Part shown: positions 11,634 through 21,993 of the stretch, in pieces | Layout of the letters: each line of letters opens with the position of its first letter | How positions within the stretch are numbered: position 1 is the first letter of the stretch | Assembly: GCF_004010195.1 (NCBI RefSeq) | Contig: NC_057749.1 | Location: 26,790,885-26,826,994, forward strand | Direction: 5' to 3' | Length of the DNA: 36,110 bases | From: Chiloscyllium plagiosum | Taxonomy: Eukaryota | The notes under the pieces: generated by a model | Database searches by the model: none | What the model saw: the letters and a program-made list of their open reading frames with translations, nothing else | Told to the model about the DNA's origin: nothing | Program-made: the position numbers and the translations under genes

Positions 11634-12769
11634 ATAGAAGTGTTGTCAATAGTGCTGTCAAATTCACTTTCAAAACAGAATATTGCTCATTGACCCTCAG
11701 TTTTGCTTCCATTGGGGTCACTCAATTCCTGACCTCATTACAGTCATGGTCCAATAATGGACCAATGTACTAGCAGCAAGGTGAAATTCACTTCCCTTGA
11801 CATCATGGCAGCACTCAATCAGGTGTAATATTGAGGTGTCACAGCAAAATTGGGAATACATAACAAAACTCTTTACTAGTCAGAGTATTAACTACCACTA
11901 CTGGTAATCAATCATCTCAGTCCTAGAACATTGTGGCAATAGTTTCTTAGGGTTGTATCCTAAACCTAACCATCCTTCGCTGTTTCATCAATACCCCTCC
12001 CTCCATCACAAAGTCAGAAATTGAGATTTTTGCTGAAAATTGTACAATTTCAGCAAAGTAATAATACTGATTCAGTCTATGTCACTATTAGCAACATGGA
12101 CAACATTGGGCTGACAAATGACAAGTAACATTCACACCACACACAGCAGACAATGAATATCTCCAAAAAGAGAGAATTTAACCATCTTCCCTTAATATTC
12201 AATTATTTTACCATGTTGCCAATGAATCCCCCACTACAAACATCCCGAGGTTACAGTTGATCTGAAACTGAACTCAAGCGGCCATATAAATATTATGGTT
12301 AAGAGAACAGCTTGAAGGCTTGGAATTCTGCAACAGGTAGCTCAAATCCTGATGCCCCAAAACCTGCCCACAAAGCAATAGTCAGGAATTTGATGAAATA
12401 CTCTCTACTTGCCTTAATGAGTGGACATCCAACAACACTCAAGCTCAACATGAATGAGGAAAAAGCATTCCTCTTGTTTGGTACCTATATGCCACCTTAC
12501 ACATTCACTTCCTCCACTACTGCCGCACTGTGACATTAGTGTGTACCAGATGTGAGATACACTGCAGCTAATTATTAAGTTTGTTTCAATAGCATCTTCT
12601 GAATCAGTGACCTCTACAACCAAGAAGAACAAGGGTTGTAGATACATATGAACACCAGCATCTACAAGTTTCCCATCAAGCTATGCATTATCCTGACATG
12701 GAACTATATCGTTGTTCCTTTACTGTCATTGGGTTAAAATCCTGGGATTCCCTTCCTAACAACACTGTG
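11634..12769 (+). mobile_element. Old CR1/L2-type LINE, segment 3 (RT and 3' part)
   Basis: Degraded ccttgacatcatggcagca (LDI.AA), tcttagggttgtatccta (QGS.L-like) and tttgctgaaaattgtaca (FADD-like); homologous to 32110-33235. Confidence 0.75.
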
Positions 12770-12895
12770 AAGATGATGCTCCTTTCACAAGGTTAGGTTG
12801 TCCTTGGTTTTGTTTTCAGAGGGGCTGTAAATGCATAGATTCTAATGTGTCTGGTTGTATGGGCTTTAGGTCCAATTTGATTATAGCTAACAGAT

Positions 12896-14370
12896 CTTTG
12901 CCTCCTCACTCTCCATGGGAGTCGTACTGGAGGATTGGAAGGAGATGAATGCTGTTCCTCTTTTCAAGAAGGGTGATAGGGAAATCCCTGGCAATTACAG
13001 AACAATCAGTCTTATATCTGTGGTCAGCAAAGTTTTGCAAAGAATTCTGAGGGATAGGATCTATGACTATTTGGCAAAGCATACCGTAATTAAAGGCAGT
13101 CAGCATGGCTTTGTGAGGGGCAGGCCATGCCTCACAAATCTTATTGAGTTCTTCGAGGAGGTGACAAGACAGGTCAACGAAGGTCGAGCAGTGGATGTGG
13201 TGTATGTGGACTTCAGCAAGGCATTTGATAAGGTTCCCCATGGTAGGCTCATTGATAAAGTCAGGAAGTATGGGATACAGGGAGATTTGGCTATCTGGAT
13301 TCAGAATTGGCTGGCTGACAGAAGGCAGAGAGTGGTTGTAGATGGAAAGTATTCTGCCTGGAGATCAATGTTGAGTGGTGTCCCGCAGGGCTCTGTTCTT
13401 GGGGTTCTGCTCTTCATAGTTTTTATACATGACTTGGATGAGGAGGTTGAGGGGTAGGTTAGTAAATTTGCAGATGACACAAAGGTTGGAGGTGTCGGCG
13501 ATAGTATAGAGTGCTATTGCAGGCTGCAGCGTGACATAGACAGGATGCAAAACTGGGCTTAGAAATGGCAGATGGAGTTCAATCTGGATAAATGCGAAGT
13601 GATGCATTTTGGAAGGTCGAACACGAATGCTGAATATAGGATTAAAGACAGAATTCTTGGTAGTATGGAGGAACAGAGGGATCTGGGTGTGCAAGTACAT
13701 AGATCCCTCAAAGTTGCCACCCAAGTGGATAGGGTTGTTCAGAAAACAAACAGTGTTTTGGCTTCCATTAACAGGGGGATCGGGTTTAAGAGCCATGAGG
13801 TTTTGCTACAGCTCTACAAGACCCTGGTGAGACCACACTTGGAATATTGTGTCCAGTTCTGGTTGCCCTGCCAAAGGAAAGATACAGAGGCTTTGGAGAG
13901 GGTACAAAGAAGGTTTACCAGGATGCTGACTGCACTGGAGGCTTACCTTATGAAGAAAGGTAGAAAAAGCTCTGACTTTTCTCTCTGGAGAGAAGGAGGA
14001 AGAGAGGAGACCTGATTGAGGTGTACAAAATAATGAGAGGAATAGATAGAGCCAATAGCCAGAGACTTTTCCCCAGGGCAGGATTGACGAGTACGAGAGG
14101 TCATAGTTTTAAGATATTAGGGGAAAGGTATACAGGAGACGTCAGAGGTAGGTTCTTTATGCAGAGAGTTGTGAATGTATGGAATGCATTGCCAATAGTG
14201 TTGTGGAAGCAGAGTCATTAGGGACATTTAAGCGATTGCTGGACAGGCACATGGAGAGCAGTGAGTTAAGGGGTGTGTAGGTTAAGTTACTATATTTTAC
14301 ATTAGGATTAAACATTGACACAACACCGTGGGCCAAAGGGCCTGTTCTGTGCTGTACTTTTCTATGTTCT
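12896..14370 (+). mobile_element. CR1 LINE (family of copy B), 5'-truncated
   Basis: ORFs 12915-13457, 13572-14015 and 14021-14221 cover the RT through to the C-terminus; tail ttctatgttct; AGAT on both sides (12892-12895, 14371-14374). Confidence 0.95.
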
Positions 14371-14482
14371 AGATACTGCCTCAGACAAAAGGCTTTCAAG
14401 GTTAAAAACAAACACTTGTACAATAAAAGGGGAGTGGCCAGTTCGCCCAGTTCAGCTTTTATTTGGTTTGATTTGGTTTGCC

Positions 14483-14629
14483 TTACAATTGTGTCCTCCA
14501 TAACCACCTGATGAAGGAGCGGGCTCCGAAAGCTAGTGTGCTTCCAATTAAACCTATTGGATTATAACCTCGTGTTGTGTGATTTTTAACTTTGTACACC
14601 CCAGTCCAACACCAGCATCTCCAAGTCAT
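14483..14629 (+). mobile_element. Penelope-like terminal-repeat fragment (family 1)
   Basis: Shares aaacctgttggactataacctggtgttgtgtgatttttaac and a hammerhead motif with copies near 21860, 25460, 30931, 34025 and 35711. Confidence 0.8.
14505..14538 (+). ncRNA. Minimal type I hammerhead ribozyme motif
   Basis: cac-CTGATGA-A-GGAGC-gg-GCTCC-GAAA-GCTA-gtg: stem I cac/gtg, stem II GGAGC/GCTCC, palindromic AGCT stem III, CUA cleavage triplet. Confidence 0.7.
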
Positions 14630-16725
14630 ATCTAAAACTCAAAATCTCTCACCAAAAAGAACAGAATTTGACAATGTATTCCAAAATGGAAGGTTCTGTT
14701 TTATGTTTAGGATATTTTATTGATTGCTCATTAACTAATTTGTATAGCATAAGTGCCAAAATGCTCACAAACAGGATACTTCCTCCTCCACACACCCATT
14801 ACTGGCATCTCACCTTAATAGTATCTCCAGCACCTCCAGCTGATTTTTCATTGTATGGTACCAATGCATTTGCTAGGAAAATAAAACAAATAAAAAGATG
14901 GAAAACATTAATATTAGTTATCAGAGGCAACAACCATCTTCAAACAACATAAAGAAGCTAATCTGTTGTGACTCTGACTCATTAAATATCCAAGGTAATT
15001 ACAGATGGGAGTGAATACTGGTCTAGCCAAGAACATCCACACACTTTATACAAATAAGGGAATACTGCTGCACCAAAATAAGATGGCCTTGGACCATAAC
15101 TCAAGCTTTTAAATATTTTTTGTCCAACACTGAGAAAAACAAAAGTAGTAACCCATTGGTGGTTGATGGAAGTGGATGTTAGAAAGCTACTCAGGAGAAA
15201 ATATGGGAACCCGGCATCTGACAAAACTACCATTTCAGTCAACCATTGTCATACTACTGACCTCATGGACTTCAGAACATGGTACAGTCAAACATACACT
15301 TCAGTAAATGATGCAATGAACAAGTGAAAGATAATTTTGTAAATTTCTGTTCAGACCATATTATTGACTACACATTAATATTATGCATCCTATTTTAGTA
15401 GGTACAACTAAAGGCCAAACAATAAGGCTATAGTATCACAATGTTCTGTCTAAATTCAATGGAAAATTTACAGCATAAACCATGTAGTGTTTACTATTTT
15501 ACTACAGGGCTTCCAAGCATTTTCGTCAAAGTTATTAGGGACATTTAAAACCCTTAGGACTTCCATCATAATTGCTCTGATATTTACAAGAAGGCCAGAA
15601 ATGGCTAAAATATCTGACAAATCTGCAGACAGAGAGATCCTGCCTAATTGAATAACAGGACTGCATTATTATTAATACGATTGTTACATTTTCTGCCCAG
15701 TATCTAGCCAGACAGTCTAGCCAGAGATCCTTGATAATCAAGGCTTGAAATGGGACTACACTATTCAACAAATGCAGCAGAAGAGAGGGGCGAATGGTAG
15801 ACATGCATTCAGAAAAAAAGCACACAACCTTTTTAATTGGCAAATTCTCCCTCCCCTTCAGGCCAACTTTCCTAATGGCTGAGAGATGTGCACAGCAACA
15901 ATCAATTTAGCATCAGGCTGTCAATGATACTGTGGAAGTCCAATATAAGTATGTCAGTGAAATATCCTTCCATGAGAGACAGAATATTGGAATGTCCTGA
16001 AACACATTGCCATAGAAGAGTATTTGGGCGCGTTGGTCATTTTTAAGGATTTAATCCCATATCCAGGCTCTCTCCAGCTGTTTGAAGGGTTAATAGCAAG
16101 GCCAATGAGTCAAAAAGACAGATGGAATTACTCAAGTTTTTCTCCACCTTGAGTCCTGCCTTTATTGCCCTTGCAGGTGGTAAAAAAATGGTTTTACCAG
16201 CATCTTCAAAGTTGATCAGGGTTTCACTTTTCCAGTTGCTGCAGTTTTGTATTAGCTTCAGAATTCTGCTAAGCTCTATGTATTTCATCTCCTGGATATA
16301 TTTTTTAGCAGTCATATATTCTATCATTGACTTCTTCTTGAAAGTGACAAGGTCCTGTGGCATGAAAACCATATTGAGAGTAATTGATTAGGATTATATT
16401 TGAAACACTAGCCATTTTTCTTTTCCACATGCTGATCTCTTGCTTTGCTCTTCCATTATGTGTGGGTACTTGTAATAATTTTATGTTTGTAATTGTATTG
16501 TTTATTAAGATAAGAAATGCTGGTGATGGTGAATGAAATTATTTCCATTCCAGCACCCAACATTAGCATTTTGCATTCCTAAGTCAGAAAGAGCACAGGA
16601 TAAAGATTCCTCACTTTTTCCAACAATATGCTTCAGCCTTTAATGCAACAAAAAAGCTTTAGTGCTATTTTGCACGTTAGTCATCCAGTAGACTTTGAAT
16701 GAGATGGGCATCTTACCTACTTATC

Positions 16726-17712
16726 CTAGTCATAGAGATGTACAGCACGGAAACAGACCCTTCAGTCCAACTCATCCATGCCAACCAGATATTCTAACCT
16801 AATCTAGTCCCATTTGCCAGCACCCGGCCCATATCCCTCTAAACTGTTCCTATTCATATACCTATCCAAATGTGTTTTAAATGCTGTAATTGTACCAGCC
16901 TCCACAACTTTCTTTGGCAGCTCATTCCATACATGCACTACCCTCTGTGTGAAAAAGTTGTCCCTTACATCCCTTTTATATCTTTCCCCTCTCACCCTAA
17001 ACCTATGTCCTCTAGTTCTGGACTCCCCGACCCCAGGGAAAAGACCTTGTCTATTTATCCTATCCATGCCACTCATGAATTTATAAACCTCTATAAGGTC
17101 ACCCCTCAGCTTCTGACGCTCCAGGGAAAACAGCCCCAGCCTGTTCAGCCTCTCTCTATAGCTCAAATCCTCCAATCCTGGCAACATCCTTGTAAATCTT
17201 TTCTGAACCCTTTCAAGTTTCACAACATCCTTCCAATAGGAAAGAAACCAGAATTGCAAGCAATATTCCAGAAGTGGTCTTACCAATGTCCTGCAGGGCT
17301 GCAACATGACCTCCCAACTCCTATACTCAATGTATTGACCAATAAAGGAAAGCATACCAAATGCTTTCCTCACTATCCTATCAACCTGTAACTCTCCTTT
17401 CAAGGATCTATGAACCTGCACTCCAAGGTCTCTTTAAGTGTATAAGTCCTGCTAAGATTTGCTTTTCCAAAATGCAGCACCTCACATTTATCTAAATGAA
17501 ACTCCTTCTGCCACTTCTCAGCCCATTGGCCCATCTGATCAAGATCCCGTTGTACTCTGAGGTAACCTTCTTAGCTGTCCACTACACCTCCAATTTTAGT
17601 GTCATCTGCAAACTTACTAATTATAGCTCCTATGTTCCCTGTATTCCATGAGATCGAACCTTGCTAACCAGTCTCCCATGAGGAACCTTGTCGAACACCT
17701 TACTGAAGTTCA
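16726..17712 (-). mobile_element. CR1 LINE 3' portion with internal deletions
   Basis: 205-aa ORF 16804-17421 (RTLVRPLLEYCLQFW...FFTQRVVHVWNELP); tail reads tagtcatagag on the plus strand; sequence jumps near 17436 and 17637. Confidence 0.93.
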
Positions 17713-17729
17713 TTCTGCCCGGCTGATGT

Positions 17730-18420
17730 CAAGGCTCTATGGACATGTACACCAAGCTTTCCCTGATTCTCTATACTTTTGAGGGCCCTCTAGTTCATCT
17801 TGTATTTCCTTGTCTTGTCATTCCTCCCAAAATGCACAAGCTCACACCTTTCAGGATCGAATTTCATTGGCCACAATTTTGCCCATCTGACCAGCTCATC
17901 TGTATCGTTCTATTCTCTGAGGCTTTCATCCTCATTACTTACAATACAGCTAATTTTCATGTTATCTTTGAAATTACTAATCATACATTTTACATTTGTG
18001 TCTATATCATTAATATACAATACAAATAGCAACAGACCCAGAACCAAACCCTGCAATATGCTAGTGGACACAGGGGTCTAGTCACATAAAACCATCACCC
18101 TCTGCCTTCTGCCACTAAGCCAATTTTGGATCCAATTTGTTAAATTGCTCTGGATTCTATGGGTCCTACCTAACTGAGCAATCTCCCATGTGAGATATCG
18201 TCCAAAGTCCGACTGAATTTCATGTAGACTACATCAATTGCATTATCCTCAACCACATACACAAAGCCAGGCTGACTATTCTTGATTAATCCTTGCATCT
18301 CCAAGGAGGTTAATTCTGTCCCTCAGAATCTTTTCCAATAGTTTCCCCACCACTAACATTAGATTCACTAACATTTCCTGGTTTACCCTACCATCCTTCT
18401 TGAATAATTAGATGCCTCCT
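17730..18420 (-). mobile_element. Older degraded CR1 RT region
   Basis: Reverse complements of degraded MHFG, FADD-like, VPQG-like and YMDF-like segments in CR1 order. Confidence 0.7.
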
Positions 18421-18600
18421 GGGTATCCTCTTGCCCCAATATAACTTTAAAAATTGCTTTGGATTTATCTTTAACTTACCTGACAGTGTTTTCATGCCCT
18501 CTTCACTATCCCAATTTAATTTTATCTAAATCCTACTTGAGCCCTCAGTATCTTTCATAATTTTCCCTTTATTCTGATCTAATCCCATACATCTCTTGAC

Positions 18601-19095
18601 ATCCAGGTAACACTCTTCGCTGTCCACTACATCTCCAATTTTGGTGTCATCTGCAAACTTACTAACTGTACCTCTTATGCTCGCATCCAAATCATTTATG
18701 TAAATGACAAAAAGTAGAGCACCTAGCACCGATCCTTGTGGCACTCCACTGGTCACAGGCCTCCAGTCTGAAAAACAACCCTCCACCACCACCCTCTGTC
18801 TTCTACCTTTGAGCCACTTCTGTATCCAAATGGCTAGTTTTCCCTGTATTCCGCGAGATCTAACCTTGCTAATCAGTCTCCCATGGGGAACCTTGTCGAA
18901 CACTGGGTAAGATCACATCTACTGCACTGCCCTCATCAATCTCTTTGTTACTTGTTCAAAAAACTCAAGTTTGTGAGACATGATTTTTGTATCTCCTTTT
19001 CCTCAGAAGAGGAATGGATGGATGTTTTCAGTTTCCGGGTCTATCCCTAATTAGTCCTTGCCTTTCCAAATACATGTACATCCTGTCCCTCAGGA
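18601..19095 (-). mobile_element. CR1 RT fragment (same family as 16726-17712)
   Basis: FDKVPHGRL...[21 protein letters not shown]...KFADDTKIG. Confidence 0.92.
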
Positions 19096-20199
19096 CAAAC
19101 TCAGTTAATGCAGAACTGTCACAAATGTAAAAAACTGTATATTTTCTTCTCTGGTATTGTATACTGTGATAGAAGTTGGTACTTAGCTGAAATACCAGAG
19201 AAATTTTTCAACTTGAAAAATTAAAGTGCTGCATATTTTTAGTTGTGCTAAACAATGTTGCTTTTCGACACAGTGAAGGAGACATTTTGAGAGATATTGA
19301 AAGTTTTTCAGTTAAGGAAATTCTTCCTGACAGCTTTTTGATGGTTGAGCTGCAGATTATTACAAAGCTATGATTACAAGGACAGCAGAAACATCCAGAA
19401 CCCAGAAACTGAAAACATCCATGCATTCCTCTTCTGGGGAAAAGAGATACAAAAATCAAGAAAGCTGAAAAGAAAAATTTCTAACAAGGAAAGAGTAGAC
19501 TGGATGAACAATCAAAGTGAAGCGCATCCATTGCTTTACAAATTAGTGTGTCATCAGTGCTAAGAATCACTAGGAACTGAGAGATGATTTTATTCATCTT
19601 TGAAGTTTGAACTTTGACCTTCACAAGGTTGTTTATCCTGTTTATATTCTTTTTCCACTCATAGTATTCATGTCAAACCAATTGTCCGTTTTCTGGCTTA
19701 TTCATGAATGTGTGTATGTGAATTTGGGGTTTTTGAAGGGATATAGTTTAAACTGCATTACAGCAAACTTGGAATCCTTTCTTTTCTCTGCCTTTGTTAA
19801 ACTTAATGGTGTTCCAATAAATATAGTTAATTCTTGCTAATTAATAGTGGTCAGTCAGGAAAATTGGTCATCTTGATAGTCTGATTAGTATTTTATACAT
19901 TTTGTGACATCTTGTGAAATAGACAAAATTATTGGCACATTCTTCTTATTTAAGGAGTGACACAATCTATAAAGTTCTTAGTTGCTGAGGAGGCTTTCAA
20001 TTAATCAGTTTACATGAATTAAACGCAGATCCACAAAGTGAAAGAGTAGTGTTCTAACTGATCACATAACTAAGTATCATTAAAGTGTGTTAAATGTCTA
20101 AAGTGCATTTTGCACCATTGGATTTTTTCATTTTCTGGTCATAAGGTAATATTTAAGAAAATAAAAGGATAGCACTGCAATTCTTTCTTTCATTTAATC

Positions 20200-20313
20200 T
20201 ATTTTTCCTAATCAACCCATTCAGAGATGTTATTACACATCTCTGGAGCAGGTGGACCTTGAACTCAGAGTTCCCAGAGGCATAGGGGCACTACCACTGG
20301 GGGCCACAAGAGG
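20200..20313 (-). mobile_element. Short tRNA-related SINE-like element
   Basis: Minus strand reads cctcttgTGGCCCCAGTGGtagtg...GAGTTCAAGGTCC, resembling Pol III A and B boxes. Confidence 0.5.
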
Positions 20314-20531
20314 GCTGCCAACACTGTATTTCATCTCTCTCGCATTCAACCTGGCCCAGCTGCACATTGTCAATCCCTCATTTGGAAAGAGGAATGCATG
20401 TGACATCTCTGGGGCATTGTGCTTCTGACTTAAGGGTGGCATGGTGGCTTAGTGTTTAGTACTGCTGCCTCACAGTACCAGGAACATGAGTTTGATTCCC
20501 ACCTTGGGTGACTGTGTGGAGTTTGCACATG

Positions 20532-20656
20532 AGGAGAAAGTGAGGTCTGCAGATGCTGGAGATCAGAGCTGGAAATGTGTTGCTGGAAAAGCGCAGCAGG
20601 TCAGGCAGCATCCAGGGAACAGGAGAATCGACGTTTCGGGCATAAGCCCTTCTTCA
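20532..20656 (-). mobile_element. Penelope-like terminal-repeat fragment (family 2) with a perfect 14-bp TSD
   Basis: GGAGTTTGCACATG at 20518-20531 and 20657-20670; carries a hammerhead motif. Confidence 0.82.
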
Positions 20657-20659
20657 GGA
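20628..20659 (-). ncRNA. Minimal type I hammerhead ribozyme motif
   Basis: Minus strand: tc-CTGAAGA-A-GGGC-ttat-GCCC-GAAA-CGTC-ga; palindromic ACGT stem III, GUC triplet. Confidence 0.75.
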
Positions 20660-21377
20660 GTTTGCACATGCTTTGTGCAAAGCATCTAGACTGCAGTTGC
20701 TACATTTTCCTGTACACACCCAGGTATGTCAGTTTAAGAAACAAACTTCCAAGAAACCAGCAGCAAAGATGAAGATTTCTCTTGTCTGCAAAAGGAAAAG
20801 CTTACAGCAGACAAGCTGCACAGGACATTCTTAATGATGTATCATCTGGGAACCTAAGAAAATTCCAGAAATCAGAACGGTTGACTTTTAAACCTAAAGG
20901 CTGAACTGCTACTTCGATTCAAAGATCTAAGTCTAAATGACTCTCACCTCAACTGAAATCTAATTTGAAGATTTCATCAACTCTACAATAATTAGCAATG
21001 TGAATCTGGCAACAGAACCATCAAAACTCTTCCTTTCTTTCCTCTTTTGGGTTTGGACCCATTGGGCCACTGGGGTGCTTTTCCATTTGCTGTTTTTTTA
21101 AAAATCCATGTCATCTCTGCAGTGTTATACTTTTTTGTCTGTCGTGTGATTGTGTGTGTTTGGCATGAAGTGGATATAGTTGAATTCCAAGTAGTATCTT
21201 AGTTGATAACCAGCTTTTCTATTTATTGTAAGAATATGTTTGAACAAATTGAGTGAGTGAGCAAATATATAGTAGATGCAGTATAATATGGATAAATGTG
21301 AGCTTATCAACTTTTGGAGAAAGAACAGGAAGGCTATGACCTGAAATATGATTAATTGAGAGAGGGGAATGTGTAAC

Positions 21378-21613
21378 TGTAGTGACTGTAACAAGGTCAG
21401 CCAGGTAGACTGCATAGAATATGTGTTCTGTGATTCAGGCTATTAATCTACTCCAATCAGTGAGCCCACCCTGACAGATAAGAACAGGAGAGCCAGACAT
21501 CCTGCACACTCTAAGATCTAACTCTGAGGGAGCTGGATCAGTGTCAAAGATTCTCCATGTGTAAATAAAGGTTGAGTTGGTGACGGCACATCAGCCTCTG
21601 TGGAGGTATTTCA
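21378..21613 (+). repeat. Gypsy 5' LTR
   Basis: Direct repeat of 25011-25237, sharing ctgacagataagaacaggag, ctctgagggagctggatcagt and tgtaaataaagg. Confidence 0.92.
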
Positions 21614-21857
21614 GTGGCAATGAAAGAAAAGCACACTCCTGAAGAAATGCATTTGCAAGTTGTCTTTGAGTTTGGGTAAGCATTTCTGGCATCATGCCAT
21701 TATTTGGGAAGCTTGACTTATTCAATTCTGCTGTCAAAGACTGGGCCCACTATGTAGAAAGAATGCATTATGTTTTCCAGGCAAATGACATTGGGGCAGA
21801 TGGAAAGCATTAAGTAATTCTCCTGAAAGCTTGTGGACCTGCTGCTTTTTCAGTCAT

Positions 21858-21993
21858 TGATTTGAAGGTGTCGGTGTTGGACTGGAGTGTACAAAGTTAA
21901 AAATCACACAACACCAAGTTATAGTCCAACAGGTTTAATTGGAAGCACTAGCTTTCAGAGCACTGCTCCTCATGACAACCACCTGATGAAGGA
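21858..21993 (-). mobile_element. Penelope-like family 1 fragment inside Gypsy gag, with a short inverted remnant
   Basis: ggtgttggactgg...gttaaaaatcacacaacacc...ctagctttcagagcactgctcct, then acaaccacctgatgaagga in the opposite orientation. Confidence 0.8.

Larger units (their letters stand above)
20434..20670 (+). mobile_element. V-SINE (HE1-like) 5' fragment interrupted by a Penelope-like insert
   Basis: gggtggcatggtggcttagtg...actgctgcctcacag...tgtgtggagtttgcacat, homologous to 2052-2160. Confidence 0.85.

Noticed and set aside
4825..14370. Active or domesticated CR1 reverse transcriptase
   Set aside because: Every copy is truncated and carries stops or frameshifts.
12766..14482. LTR-like sequence flanking the CR1 (12766-12895 plus 14371-14482)
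   Set aside because: Probably a repeat, but no 3' terminus or TSD could be identified.
17560..18903. Local segmental duplication (17560-17698 versus 18605-18903)
   Set aside because: Explained more simply by two copies of one abundant CR1 family.
19117..19962. Possible solo LTR bounded by TGTCAC...GTGACA
   Set aside because: The 6-bp inverted ends are present, but there is no TSD and no second copy in the window.
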